From contig OX597823.1 in assembly GCA_951406725.2 (NCBI GenBank), positions 98,890,001 through 98,954,000 of the forward strand: a stretch of DNA of 64,000 nt. The letters run 5' to 3'. Positions 48,939 to 63,830 of the stretch are shown here, one piece after another. Both the position numbers and the translations under genes were made by a program. Under the pieces are notes generated by a model. The model had not been told where the DNA came from. It was given only the letters and a program-made list of their open reading frames with translations, and searched no databases. The DNA is from Octopus vulgaris. Its lineage: Eukaryota. Numbering within the stretch: position 1 is the first letter of the stretch; each line of letters begins with the position of its first letter.

Positions 48939-51602
48939 AGTAGTACAATGATGGACACAAAGCCTAAAGTTTATGCTACATTTTATTTTTTATAGAAGTG
49001 TTTTTTACATCAACTTTTACTATATTTCAAAATGAATAAAAATAATCTGGACGTTTTTTAGCTTCAAACTGACAACTTTCAGTTTACTTAATGGGAGCAC
49101 AAGGAAAGAGATATCACTCTTTTTTTTTTCCTCGTTTTGAAGGCTTATTGAATTGCATTGGGATAGTCATCTTGTTATAAAACACCCAGATTCACAGCAA
49201 ATCATATGAATCTTTGCATTTGCAGAACTATTCAACCCAGGCCAACAAAAGAAAAGAGATTTATAAATATTAAAAAAGCACATTTCACAAGAAAAAAGAT
49301 TAGTCACCTTAGGGAAACTTTTTATCATTCTATAAAACTTACCAAATAGTTTACTAACTCAGATCAAAAGTAAAGTCATCATGTTTACATTAGAAATAAT
49401 TAACTCTACACATACCAATTCTCTAAACAATGTATTCAAGGAGTGTTTCTCGATAAATATTTTAGCTGCAATTTCAAATGATTTTAAAGGAACTGCATTA
49501 TTGCCTCAAAATTATTTGCACCTAGGATAAACATGCGATTTGATCTATTTTATTAGTCAATGAACAGCATGTGCCAAAGAAGATTTTCATTTAGAACTAC
49601 TTTGGAAAGTACTGAGAAATACAAAAGCATTGTTCAGTAAAGACTCAAGTTGCTTCAATTAAATTGCTAGTTTTTTCATTAAAACAGTTGTTAGATTTGG
49701 TTATGGTTACGAATTAATGTAATACATATAACTATTCACAAGTAAGAGCTAGACATTTTGTCTTTGTTACATTAGATAAGATATTTCATTTAAATGTCAA
49801 TACCTTTCATTTGCATTTTAAATCATTGTCTACACTTCTCTTACATAAGCCTGGTATGTTTTGTAAATAATTCTTCATTTATTATTGCTGGTATCAATTA
49901 TTCAAAAGACAACACATGAATATATCTGAGAATATCTTGGCTACAGACCAAATAGAACTCATCATACCTGATCCAGCAACATTACACAATGCCATCAGTG
50001 AGATGGGGATTCCTGATTCAAAACCCAGGAGTTCAGTACAGACAAATATTTGCAGTGACATGTACATACTATTTAATTAAAGTTTGCCAAATTCAAATAG
50101 CAAAAGCATTTAAAAATAAATCCATGAGATCTTCAGTTTCTTTCACTATATTTAAGGCACCATTTAATACGGGGCTAACTCTTGTCACATCTCATAAAAT
50201 ATTTGCCCTACACACACACACACATAATACACATATGCACACCCAGTGTTTATACTTAACAGTAAGAGTCTGCATACACGTATATACAAACACAAAAGCA
50301 TATGTTGCTTTCTATTCATTTATTTAATATTGCAAAAGCTATTCACCTACTCTTTTCTACAGGCCACATCAACTCATATTTAAATAGCTTATAGCTATTC
50401 ACATGAACATATTATTTTATATGAGCATTTAATGGCATCATAACCTTTGACTTATATCCTTACTGGATCCTGTTTATGAAGAGTAATTCAGTGGTAGAGT
50501 GCTATAGTCAGTAGCTGAGATTGCTGGGTTCATGTTTTCTGGACTCTATATTTTACCAGTCATGAAGAATAAAGCTAAACTAGAGAATTTATCCAGCTCT
50601 ACAAACAAAAAAGAAACTGCAAAATTATTGCCAGGACAGCAGTTTGTCTACATTAAAAGGGACTACACACAAGGTTCCCTTTCCTAGGCAGGCTTACTAA
50701 AATTCTGTGATGACTTCTCAGCTGTGCTAAATTCTAATTAGTTTCACTGCAAATATTTGTTGTTGTTCTTGTTTCTTTTATAAATTTCAGATGTAGATTA
50801 AAAAAGAGCAATTAATAATTAAAGACTGATTAATTAAAAAATACCCTTTGTTTTATCAACAGTGATGGTTTGAGTAGAGAATTGAAGTAAAGAAAAATTA
50901 ATTATTGCCGTAACAAAAATTATTGTTAGCCCTAATTCCCAGCTAAAATGATTGTTCATTGGCAATTGTATCCCATTGCAGACAAAAGACATACTTTTAA
51001 GGATCATCGCAAGAGGATTTATTAAATATCTATGAACTGATAAATATGTGGTCAAAGAATGAATTTTAATAAAAAAGAAAGAGAAAAATTTCAATGACCT
51101 AAAAAAAATTAATCATAGAGCTGATTAAATTGAAAATATGGCAAAACAATGAATGTTCCATTTGATTCAAATTCATTTTGCATTTTGTGGAGGAAATATT
51201 GACTCAACATCTACAACAAAAACATAGAGTCCAAAATTCAATAACAAGGATAAAAGGCAACAAATAAATATTAAATGGCAGAGCAGGTTAACTTAGTTAT
51301 TGGGAAATACATATTCCCATCAATATGAAATGAAAACTTCTTTTCATAAACTATGTGAAAAAAAATCAATTAGCTAACAGGTCAAACAGCTCTCAAATTA
51401 ATTGTCAATATGTGTGTGTATGTATGTAGTATGTATATATGTATGTGTGAGTGTGTATATATATATATATAATATATGCATATATATATATATATATATA
51501 ATATATATATATGTATATACATATATGTATATACACATGTATATATATATGCATGTATATATGTGTGTGTGTATATATATATACATGCATATATGTGTGT
51601 AT

Positions 51603-51639
<37 letters not shown>

Positions 51640-51955
51640 CATATATGTATATATACACGTAAGTTAAAGGGATGTAAACACACCAACATTGGTTGTCAAG
51701 CGATGGTGGGGGAAAAACACAGACACACAAATACATACATATATATATATATATATACGACGGGCTTCTATGTGGTTTGAAAGCAAGCTTCTTACCACAC
51801 AGCCATGCCTGCGATAAATATTTATTAACATATCAAATTTTTTGTCGCACAACTGTAACCTGGTCATTGACACAGTTTCAGAGCAACAATATATCATCAT
51901 CATCATTCCATACTAACATTAAATATATATATATAAACACACATGGATACATACA

Positions 51956-52011
<56 letters not shown>

Positions 52012-52231
52012 AAGCTTCTTTCAGCTTCCATGTACCAAATCCGCTTGTAAGGTTTTTGGTCAGCATAGCAGATGACACTTGCCCAGAATGTTATACAGTA
52101 GGATTGAACACAGAACCATGTAGTTGAGAAGCAAACTTCTTCTTACTACACAGTCATATCCGGTGCCTATATATATATATATATATATATATACAGACTC
52201 ACACAATATACAGACTCCCAATATAAATTGG

Positions 52232-52520
52232 GAGTTGGAATACAGTAAAATCAATTTATTCACATAACTGTCAATGACATAAGACCTACTATCGTTTCAA
52301 TATCTACTTTCATTCATTTTATGATCAATAATTGCATTTAAAAGGTAGAGATCTCTTCAGAGCTAAAATCAGGTGTAAAGAAATATGTCGATTTTAGCCC
52401 TGAAAAGATCTCTACCTTTTAAATTCATAATGCAATTATTAATTGTAAAATGAATGAAGGTCTATATTGAAACGATAGAAGGCCTTATGTGAATAAATTG
52501 ATTTTACTGTATTCCAACTC
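52232..52520. repeat. Long imperfect inverted repeat, probably an inverted Penelope pLTR or MITE
   Basis: Arms of about 135 bp separated by a loop of about 20 bp. Confidence 0.7.
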
Positions 52521-52760
52521 TCCATTCTCTTTATATTATACTACTGAAATTATGTTCACATATATTGAATCAGATGAAAACATCTATATGAACTACTAGA
52601 ACTCTATAATGTCTATAGTACTACTGTCTAATAAACACTAACTCAGAGAAACAAATTCCAGTAAATTCATCGATATATGGATAAACTGGAGGGTGCTTGG
52701 ATGTAAGACAACCTTGAAAAGAGCTACCTCTTTCTTATATATATATACACACATGCACAT

Positions 52761-52794
<34 letters not shown>

Positions 52795-53664
52795 ATGTGT
52801 GTAGTCTGGTTCTTAAGGCATCACACACACAATCATGCAATTATGATTTCAATTCCCAGGCCGGACAGTGCATAGTGTTCTTGAGCAAAAAAACTTCCTT
52901 TCATATTGCTCTGCAGTCACTTAGATACCTGGCATGTAACACCAAGCAGCTGTGCAGGCAATATTGATTTCATGGAGCCATGTGAGCTCATGTGGGGCCC
53001 AAACATTTTATTACTCTGAACATAACATCCATGCTGGTTGTTCCACAAGAAATTGCAGAACCATGTGGGGGTGTGTGTGCATGTGTGTAGGTGTGTGTGT
53101 GTGTGTGTGTGCATGTGTGTGTGGGTGTGCATGTGTGTATGTACATGTGTGTGTGCTTGTGTGTTTGTGTGTGTACGTACATGTGTGTGTATGTGTGCAT
53201 GTGTATGTACATGTGTGTGTGCATGTGTGTTTGCATGTGTACGCACATGTGTGTGTATGCGTGCGCATGCATGTGTGCGTACATATGTACATGTGTGCAT
53301 ACATATGTACATGTGTGAGTGTGTGTGTGTAATTGCACTGGAATTGATTCAGTTACCAGGACACTCATGCAATTTTGACACCTCATGACAAATTTAAATT
53401 GAATTTAAAGGGTTTTTTGTGTTTGTTTTTAAATGGCTCTTCCGTGATATAGTTGCTTCAGTTTCAAAACAACGTCTCAAGTCAAGCCACTTCTGAGACA
53501 ACTGTAACTCTGAAACTTTAGAATTTGTTATCAAGTAGAGGAACAAAAAAGTCAAGTATAGAGAAACATGAAAACTATTTCATGCTATTAATAACTATTA
53601 AATCTTTGAAAATTGATCTCTATATATTTTTACCATAACAATTTGTATCATATTATTATAATCA

Positions 53665-53712
<48 letters not shown>

Positions 53713-54736
53713 CACAAAAATGAATAAATTTTACAATAATATTGGTCAATGTATTTAAACATGTATGTACAAGAGTATATATGCACATAGATTCATTCAT
53801 TTATACACACATTCATACGTAAGTACATTCATACATGCACATATACACTCATATACATACGTATTTATATAGTACAAAAATAGATCTTACATAACATTAC
53901 AACCCACCAAGAGAAATCCTACACTACTTATTTGTTCTTGTTTTCTTTTTCTTATAATTCTACTAAAAGTATGTTTTTTAAGTATCACTATAAACACAAA
54001 AGGAATATTTAACATAACCCTGTTTTAACATAGAGTTAGAAGGAAATATATCACATTATTTTAAGTTATTGCCCCACAAAAACAAATCTTATACTGTTTG
54101 TTTTTTGCATTACCTTTAAAAATATTTTTCAAAAGAATTTCACTAAAAGCATAAAAGGAGCATTTAGTAGTAACTTAATTTATTTTGATATACACTTCTA
54201 TACAAATCTGTCGAATAATTTTTTAAGTTATCAAAATGCATCCTTCTTACAACCCAACATTTAAATATTCTTTAATCACTGAGACAAATCTGGAACCTTC
54301 ATCTGTATGCCTCTCTTATTACTTCATATTTTAACCTTATTTTTTTTTTCATAAACAAAGTAACAAAGAAAGTAGTATAATACATCTTATATAAATCCTC
54401 TTCATCTTATACATACATACAGATATCCATAGATACATATATATATATATATATAGTCTTTTCTTTTACTCTTTTATTTGTTTCAGTCATTTGACTGTGG
54501 CCAAGCTGGAGCACTGCCATAAAGGGTTTTAGTTGAAGAATTCAACCCCACGACTTATTCTTTGTAAGCCTAGTACTTATTCTATTGGCCTCTTTTTCTG
54601 AACCACTAAGTTATGGGGATGGAAACACATCAGCAACAGTTGTCAAGCAACAGTACGTGTGTGTGTGTGTGGGGGGAACAAACACACACCTACATAAATA
54701 TATACATATGTATGTATATATATATATGTATATGTA

Positions 54737-54783
<47 letters not shown>

Positions 54784-54990
54784 ACGACAGGCTTCTTTCA
54801 ATTTCTGTCTACCAGATCCACTCACAAGGCTTTGGTCGGCCCAAGGCTATATAGTTGAAGACACTTGCCCAAGTTGCCATGCAGTGGGACTGAACCTGGA
54901 ACCACGTGGTTGGAAAGCAAGCTTCTTAACACACAGCGGCACCAGCACCTTATACATGTGTGTGTATATATATATATATATATATGTGTG

Positions 54991-55045
<55 letters not shown>

Positions 55046-55147
55046 ATAGTAATGGTAAGACAACAAAAGAATGAATGAGACCTCGATATTATGTAAATAG
55101 AAGAATTTATCTGTAGTATAATATATGACAATTATTCAGTTGCCATT

Positions 55148-55206
55148 ATAAGACTCCAAGTTTCGGATATCAGAGCAGAAACCTGCCCCAGCATCTCATC
55201 AGTTAT
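55148..55206 (-). ncRNA. Type I hammerhead ribozyme motif
   Basis: ataa-CTGATGA-gat...ggggcag.gttt.ctgctct...atcc-GAAA-cttggag-TC-ttat; GUC cleavage triplet, 4-bp stem I. Confidence 0.6.
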
Positions 55207-55233
55207 CGAGGCAATCAAAATATTATATTACAG

Positions 55234-55235
<2 letters not shown>

Positions 55236-55298
<63 letters not shown>

Positions 55299-55485
55299 TG
55301 TATGTATGTATGTATGTATGTATGTATGTATGTATGTATGTATGTATGTATGTATGTATGTATGTATGTATGTGTGTATGTATGTATGTGTGTATATATA
55401 TATGTGTGTGTGTAGATAGATATACATACATATATGTATGTATGTATATATATATGCATATATATATATATACACATACATATAT

Positions 55486-55521
<36 letters not shown>

Positions 55522-55692
55522 ACATACATATATATATATACATATGTATATGTATGTATACATATATATAACTTTATATATACGCATACATATATATAAA
55601 AATTCAAATGTGTGCACGGATCCACACACATGCTCTCTTTCTCTCTCACACACATACACACACACTCACACACACAGGCACACACACACACA
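55236..55692. repeat. Compound (TA)n/(TATG)n/(CA)n microsatellite; similar tracts at 30685-30860, 51410-51660, 53070-53330, 54700-55040
   Basis: Directly visible simple repeats. Confidence 0.95.
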
Positions 55693-55871
55693 TTAAGTTC
55701 CAAACAAATCTACTTGAAAATGAAGGAAATTTATAGTTTAATGCATCTAAGAAGAAAATAGCAAAAAGAATTTTTGTTTTCAATGAGAAGTCTATTTTCT
55801 AAATGAAGTGTTATGTAGGAAATATAGATTTTCTTTAATATCTGGCCTTTCCATTTAGGTAATAAAGTTAT

Positions 55872-55955
55872 TCAAATTGAAGAAGGAAATGGTTGTTCTG
55901 AGTTCTTCTCGTAGATACCTTTGATGGTCAGATAGGCTAGTACAACTGATACAAT
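55872..55955 (-). CDS. Tetraspanin last coding exon (IVSVVLAYLTIKGIYEKNSEQPFPSSI*)
   Basis: tttacag acceptor; completes TM4 and a short cytoplasmic tail, ending in TGA. Confidence 0.88.
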   Translation of the reverse strand: MVSVVLAYLTIKGIYEKNSEQPFPSSI

Positions 55956-56062
55956 CTGTAAATAGAGATGAAAATATTTAGTCAGAAGATCTAAAAAACT
56001 AACATGAAAATCAGTTCACACACACACACACACACATATTTACAAGAGTAAGTCAAAATTTA

Positions 56063-56268
56063 CAAGGCGGTGCTGGAAAGTTTCTGGCTTTAAGGATATC
56101 GTGACAGGCCTGCTTGGAGGCTCAATCTTCCAAGTTCTTTTATAGGGTAAAGAAAAACTGCAATAAGTGTGTGAATCTGAGAGGGGAATATGTTCAATAA
56201 AATCATTATTAACTGATCCTCCTGTATTTTCTTTTACCCAAAGCCAGGAACTTTTCAGCACTCCTTTG
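56063..56268. mobile_element. Mariner-type MITE
   Basis: TA-flanked TIRs caag..gtgctg.aaagtt.ctggcttt. Confidence 0.7.
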
Positions 56269-56379
56269 TATACCCACTCTTGTTTCTGTAATATATTAAA
56301 ACAAAGCAGGAATCTAACGATTACATTGGCTTTCAGCTGGTCACACAGCCATTTATGCACATTTTCCTGCACTTTGGCC

Positions 56380-57440
56380 ATAACAAATTAACAACCTCAT
56401 AAAGGATGTTTGACCAGTCCAAAAAGGTGATATTTGGAAGTGGTAAGATCTGGACTGTATGCAAGGTGTTCCAGCAACTCAAAATACAAGTGCATCAGTG
56501 GTTCCAATGGTGCCAGTGGCTGTATGTGAGCATGGATTGTCATGCAACAATAACACCAGCTTTAACAATAGACCTCGTCATTTGGTGTGAATTGTTGGTT
56601 TCAACTTGTTGGCCAGCATTTCACTGTCGTCTACACTGGTGACCCCTTTTCTAAATAATGTTTCAGCATAGGCCCTTTTGCATCCTAAATGGTTAGCATC
56701 ACTTTTTTCTGTGGAAGGTTGAGGCTTTAATTTTTTTTGTCCTGGCAATTCTGTTTCCTCTCCATACTCTGCCTTTTAGATTCTGTCTCAAAGCAATGGA
56801 CCCAGGTCTCATCTCTCTTGGCTATTCACTCCAAAAATGCTTCACCTTCATCACTGTAGTGGTCAAGTAAGCACTGACAAATCTCCACACAATTTTGCTT
56901 ATGCACTTCGGTAAGCTCTCTTGGCACCCATCTCACATAGACTTTACAGAAGTGAATATTGTTGCAAATGATTTTGTATGTGGAACCACAACTAATTTGC
57001 TAAGAACATCCCACCTCATCGATGATTACTTGATAGTTAACCAAAACCATCTCACAAGCTTGTTGAATCTTCATGTCCATGGTGAGGGTTGCTAGGTGGT
57101 GTCCTGCTCCCTCTTCATTCATCTCAATTTACTCATATACATTTCTATGCGTTAGAGCATTGTCCCTATATTGTACTGCAAGCTCGCAATGAATTTCAGC
57201 TCCTGACACACCTTCAGACCACAGAAATTAAATCAATGATCTCTGTTCTTCCTTGGTGCACACTGCCAGTGGAGTGGCCACATTTACTCTGTAACACAAG
57301 AAAAAAACAGAAACAGTCGAGGCCAAGCCTTGGTTACATAACGACAAGAGTGCCACCTTTGAGCACATGAACACTGAAGGCAGCGCAGCCAGCCTGAAGA
57401 AAGTTTTAATGTAAGTGCAGATCATTTTTTACTTCCCCCA
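56380..57440 (-). mobile_element. Decayed mariner transposon in a tetraspanin intron
   Basis: RDETWVHCFETESKRQSME on the minus strand near 56760-56820. Confidence 0.7.
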
Positions 57441-57787
57441 TATAATGGAGGGCACCATTAGATGTCACCAGATAAAATGGTGGTGAAATCTGAGCAAATA
57501 GCTACACCGAAAGTAGTGAGATTCAGATTGGATCAGTGCTGGATAATCCATCTGACTACAAAACCAATACCATACCCAGGTTTTCTGACTATCAAAACAA
57601 CCATTCTATGAAATAGGGAAACTCGTTTCCTATATATAATCACAGCTAGTAAACCTATTTTTTTAAAGCATTTATGATGATTCCAAGGTGACTTTCTGAT
57701 CAGAAAAAGAAAAAAAAAAACATTACTGCAGGCATTGACTCTAATGCTGAACATACACAATCTAAATATATATTGGATGGTACAGAG

Positions 57788-58099
57788 CAGTAGTCCCCAA
57801 CTTTGTTTGGCACCACAGATTGGTTTCATGCAAGTCAGTTTTTCTACAGATTATAGGATCATGCATTCTTATTATTGTTACAGTTAGCTTCTGGGCTTAG
57901 TTTGTCAGCGCATGAAAAAAACTAAGACAAACATGGGAGAAAGCGACACAAATGGATGTAGTAACTTTTCAAAATAAAACCCCCTTCAGACTATGATAAA
58001 ATGGAAATGAAATTTTAAAATTTATTCTTTCTCTGTGGCCCTGTACAAAATGATTCACAGCTCAGTAATTGTCTGTGACCTTGTGGTTGGGGACTCCTG
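57788..58099. mobile_element. hAT (Charlie/MER1-like) MITE
   Basis: Termini CAG.AGTCCCCAAC and GTTGGGGACT.CTG. Confidence 0.65.
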
Positions 58100-58133
58100 A
58101 TGTGTAGAGAATAACAAAAATATTGAAGCTCAC

Positions 58134-58244
58134 CTCCAACAGTGCTATTACTAACATGGACAAACCAATTATGACTGCATTCATTTTGAAGATATTCATC
58201 AAAACGGGAACACAACCTTGTATGAAAATGCGTTTGTTTGGATT
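58134..58244 (-). CDS. Tetraspanin exon (NPNKRIFIQGCVPVLMNIFKMNAVIIGLSMLVIALLE)
   Basis: cag/gtgag boundaries, 111 nt; I..xGC motif followed by the start of TM4. Confidence 0.92.
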
Positions 58245-60999
58245 CTGTCAAGAAGAAAAAAAAGAAGAAAAATATTCAATTTAAAAAAAAGGCCTACCTC
58301 CAGCCTACAGATACATGAGACCAGAGCTTAAACAGATTTTCAAGGTGTTTAAACTGAGTATACAAGAACTTCAAGAATTGAAACCACCATCTACTAGTCA
58401 TCAGGCCAATGCCATAAACACTGGACCACATGCTTTTACATATTAAATTAAGGACATATTAAAAGCATATTGAATCGTAAAGCATTAAAACTGAATAGTA
58501 ATATATTTAGAATGGTTTACAAGATATCAGAAAGATTATCTTTCTGTTTGTCTTTTCAAATGTTCTTCATTTAATATTCATCAGTATTTCAATCTGAACT
58601 TTGGAATTCATTATTTTGTATTAAAATCTGAAAACCTATTTAATACTATTGCACTTCTGACAAAAATATATATTGATATAAAGCTATGAATGTATGAAAA
58701 TATATAAATTATGTACAAAAACAGAGATAAGTTTCTTATCCCCATGAAAATAAAATTTAACACAATATATGGATACAATTGTGCCAATCTATTCTTTAAA
58801 AAACTGTTGTACTATTTATAGAACTACGTGGAAGTTAGAAAGCAAACTCAAGTCTTGATTGTCTTTATTCTTATCAAATACAAAGTTTAGCCCTTTTGAT
58901 ACCAATTTGCCTGAGATTGCTCCCAGCACTTTTCACATATATTCCAAACACCAGCTTAATAATGATAGTTATTTCACTAGATCCATCATTGCTTCAAAAT
59001 TAATTGAAACAAAGGCAATATCTTTTAATTTGTAAATGTTAACAAATGAGTTAAAGAATAATATGGAAATAATTTAATTCACAAACTATGAATTCTAAAG
59101 CAAAATAATTTCTAGTCTGAAGCTGGGACCTGGAATCAACTTGTGTTTAATTATGTGACTCCTTAAGTAAGGATATATGCTTAGTTACCCTATCCTCTAA
59201 GAGGACAAAGTTTAAATGTTAGCCTTTTGTAATCTCCCACCCATATAATCTCAGGTTCAGTCCATTTGCATGGCACATCAGATAAGTGCCTTAGCTCCAG
59301 GCCAACTAAAGCGTTGTGAGTGGATTTGGTACACAGAAATTGAAAGAAGCACATCGTGTGTGTGTGTGTGTGTGTACATAAGTATGTGTGTGTGTGTGAG
59401 TTACTGTCTCCTAGCTTGGACTTTATGTAATAGCTGTAAACCAACACTATCATGCAAACAGTTTCTTTCATTTCCAGTACTCTGCTGTGAAAGTATGCCT
59501 GGTCACAGGGAAATATTCCCTTGCTTGGAAACAGGTGAGGGTTGGTGACAGGAAGGGGCATTCAGCCACAGAAAAAAATCCATTTCTACGAATTCCATCT
59601 GACCCATGCTAGCATGGAAAAGTGAATGTTAAATGATGACAAATGATGGATTGATTAGCTTGAGAAGTTACAGTAATTGGGGTAATGTTGTGGCACAGGT
59701 ACCTTTTCCAAATATATTAGCAAAGAGAAAATAGCAAAACCAGGTACTGAACTTGAGTTGAGATTTGCTTCCATAGAATCTTATTTTTTATGCGACAGCA
59801 TCTATCAACTGAGAAATTAATATCATACTAGGATGTTTACATCTGTGTGGCAACAGTAACAAGCTGTGACAATCCTATCTATATATATTCATTACCTCAC
59901 AAAGGCTAGAATCTATCAACTAGAATTATGATGATATTGTAACAGAAAGATTTGACAAATTGACATGAAGCCACTCACAGACACCCACCAGCCTCTGGCC
60001 CACAGACATACCATCTTCTCTTTATACGCCTTTTCCACCACTACTCTATTGGCCTCCATTCTATCGAACTAGCTGTGTCCATGCCACCTCACTCATCTCT
60101 CCTCCTCCATTCTCCCTTGTCACCACTCTTCAGTTTCTGGCCTCACACAAATCCCTATACACAGTCTTTCTTTCTCGGATTGTTGAACTTCTGGAATTTC
60201 TTCCCTGCTCATATCTTTCCCACAGAAGATGTTCTGGGGAATAAAGACTGGTAAATGGTTGTTTGTGTAGGATCAGGAGGTGAATGCAACAAGGGTAATG
60301 AGGAGTGGGCTGGAGGTGCTTGAGTGGAGGAGCTATGAGAATGGTAACTTTAAGGAACAGAGGCCATTACAGCAACAACAGAAAAGACAAAGAGAAAAGA
60401 TAGCATGCCTACTCGCCACAGTATACTTAGCTGTAAATAGGCTCCACTCTTAGCAGTTCTTGAGACATCCAACCATAAAACACTTTAGTAAACAATATGC
60501 AAAGACCATTCCACTCATTTTAGCATGAAATAAAGGATACACTACTACAAAATAATTGTTCCTAACATAGGATTGACATTGAGTAAAGACCAAGTTAAAA
60601 TTATAATTTTCCAGGCTAAGCTTATCTTTAGGGTGAACATTTACAATATTTATATCTACACTATATCTTAATCGGTTTGATCTCCCTTTGTTATCTAGTG
60701 TCTTATTCCTGGATATATACCTAGTCTCAATTTGAACTTGAATGCAGCCATTGGCACGTTTATATGTGTTGTTGACTTAGCAGATAAAGACACTACTTAG
60801 TTTACAAATAATGGTCCCTAGTTTGAATCTAGTCTGGAAACATGCACATATCAAGGAAAAGACAATTAGTGATTAAACACAGCAAAACAGATATTTTTAG
60901 ATATTGTAAATACGCACTTGAAAAAAACCCAGCACATTACAGATAGATTTAATTAAAAGAAATTTTTATGAAAGAAATTAAGGTACTGATATAACTTAC

Positions 61000-61164
61000 A
61001 CTGTGACTTGTTCGTGGCAAATTCCATAGTAATCCACATCGAGTAATGACTGGTGGGTGGCAGCAAGAATCTGGTACCTTGCATGTAAGATGTCCATGGG
61101 CACTGCAGTTGAAGAATGGATTAAAATTCCAATCTTCATATGTCTTAGTACCACAACAACTATA
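61000..61164 (-). CDS. Tetraspanin (TspanC8 type), large extracellular loop exon ([55 protein letters not shown]); upstream exons not found in the window
   Basis: cag/gtaagt boundaries, 165 nt; CCG, DW, N.FFNC, VP.SCC and CG motifs. Confidence 0.93.
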
Positions 61165-61177
61165 CTGAATTAAAGGA

Positions 61178-61425
<248 letters not shown>

Positions 61426-61865
61426 AATGATTTTAATAGTATAAAAATATGAAACTACAATAGTCACTTCAGTGAAAAAATAGCATGAAAGCCTAGCCAT
61501 TTCTTACAACCAATAACACTTAGTATTTGTTCTACATTTTTTTTTCAACTATTTTAGATGCCTATGTAGTCTTAAGCATACATAGATACACGCTCAGCTC
61601 TCCCATCTTTCACTCAAAAGAACATTCAGGATGTGAAAGCTGGAAAGAGAGAAGGCAGCACAAGCACTGGGCTGGTACTCATTTTTGACCATGTACACTA
61701 GCACATGATATAGTGTGCTTGCTTAAAGAGATAATGCACTGCTTGGTCTAGGAATTGAACACACAAACTTATAATCATGAACCCAACACTCCAACCACTT
61801 GGTTATATAAATAATGTAAAATGCATCTCTTCTTTGTAATCTTCCAGGAATCCATAATGATTTTT

Positions 61866-62385
61866 CTTAATCTGTTCATCATTCTCCTTTACAGCAGTGA
61901 GTCATGGCCAATGAGGGTGGAAGATATTAAGCGACTAGAATCTTTCGATCACCTCTGTCTACACCGCATCCTTTGTGTCCGATGGCATCACTTTGTCTCC
62001 AACAATTCGGTGTGACACCAGTGCAGAATCACCTCCCTCTGACAAGTCATCCTAACGAGACGTCTGCATTGGCTGGGTCATGCCCTTCGTCGTCAACCAG
62101 GAGAATTCATCTATGAAGCAATTGCCCCAGCTCCCCTTCAGGGTTGGCGAAAGCAATGTGGTGGACAACGAAAAACCTGGCTGATGACAGTCAAGACTGA
62201 TCTGGAACCCAACCTAGGCCCCCATATCTACGGCATTCGCCGCTGGAATAAGGAGTGGTTGGAGATCACACAGTCATTAGCCTCAAATTGCCAGGTCTGG
62301 TCGGTGTTTGTGAGAGATGCAGCATTGAGGATGAATGAAGCCAGCTCAACCCACCCTGGGTGAATGCTGTCTCAAGACAAGTCAA
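61866..62385 (+). mobile_element. RTE LINE 3' fragment
   Basis: LLYSSESW...LESFDH.CL.RIL...RRLHWLGH.LR...GGQRKTW. Confidence 0.82.
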
Positions 62386-62989
62386 AAAGTTCATGGTGAG
62401 TTGAAAGTAGAGTGAAATGTTTCTACATCAGTCATCATTTGCAAGAAATAATCAAAACCAGGATTCAGATTCAACAGTGAAGCTGAATGTAGAGGCTGTA
62501 GATTCTGATCTGAGACTGAGTACCCGAGTGACTTCTCTACCAACTTAACCTTGTCCATAAGAGCATTTGGAACTCAGCGCAGCAAGCTGATGAAGCACTT
62601 GTTAATTAAAAATGCTTTCAGTGTTTAGAGAAGTGAGAAGAATTACTCATTATAGTATCTCATTACAGTTACATAAACTGAGGCAATAAGAATTACATGA
62701 TCTTGGCTATAAATAGTAAGATGTGCCTGTGACAATATATGAATTATCAACAGTTACCTGCAGTAATCCATAAGCTAAGTAAAAGTATAGATTAGTAGCA
62801 AAGAATAGTGAAGTAGTAATACAAGATGTAATAACAGAGGTAAAAATATTGCATAATATTTTTGTAAAAGTAAATTACACATATGTAAAATAGTTAAAAT
62901 AAAATATATCAATTTCTTAATTACCCTTAAATATGCAGCAAAATTTTAATAAATAAAGATTAAATATCATGCCCCAAAATATAACTTAT

Positions 62990-63830
62990 GACTGGGCTGT
63001 GACTGCTGAGGACATGCGTAAGTTTGCAAGAAATGAAGCCAGTATGATCCGATGGGTGTGTAATGTCAGTGTGCATACTCGACAGAGTGTAAGTACCTTG
63101 AGAGAAAAGTCGGACCTAAGAAGCATCAGTTGTGGTGTGCAAGAGAGACGACTGCACTGGTATGGTCATGTGGCGAGAATGGATGAGGATAGCTGTGTGA
63201 AAAAGTGCCACACCCTAGCGGTTGAGGGAAGCTGTGGAAGAGGTAGACCCAAGAAGACCTGGGATGAGGTGGTGAAGCACGACCTTCAAACATTAGGCCT
63301 CACCGAGGCAATGACTAGTGACTGAGACCTTTGGAAATATGCTGTGCTTGAGAAGACCCAGCAAGCCAAGTGAGACCATAACCTGTGGCCTATGCCAGGG
63401 GTATAACCAGCTCACTTATGCGTACCTTTCCTTCATTGGACACTAAACTCTGCTTGCGAAGACCTGTTGAGGCAAGTGAGAATCAAAATCGAAATCAAAT
63501 TCGATGACTGGCATCTGTGGTAGTGGAGCGCTAAGAGCACCATACGAGCATGATCGTTGCCAGAGCAGCTGACTGGCTTCTGTGCCGGTGGCACGTAAAA
63601 AGCACCATTTGAGCGTGATCATTACCAACGTCACTTTACTGGCACTTGTGCTGGTGGCATATAAAAGCACCCACTACATTTTCAGAGTGGTTGGCATTAA
63701 GAAGGGCATCCAGCTGTAGAAACTCTGCCAGATCAGACTGGAGCCTGGTGCAGCCATCTGGTTTGCCAGTCCTCAGTCAAATCGTCCAACCCATGGATAG
63801 CAGACGTTAAACAATGATGACAATGATGAT
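62990..63830 (+). mobile_element. RTE LINE 3' fragment with tandem-repeat UTR
   Basis: WAVTAEDMR..RNEASMIRW...WYGHV.RM...GRP.KTWDEVVKHDL, paralogous to 43400-43780. Confidence 0.9.

Noticed and set aside
49000-51380. Repeat-poor AT-rich stretch as a gene or extended 3' UTR
   Set aside because: No credible exon or motif; UTR status cannot be judged without transcripts.
51382-55703. Many ORFs rich in YI, HT or CV repeats (also 30681-30920 and most of 60949-61500)
   Set aside because: Translations of stop-free microsatellites; only 61000-61164 is a real exon.
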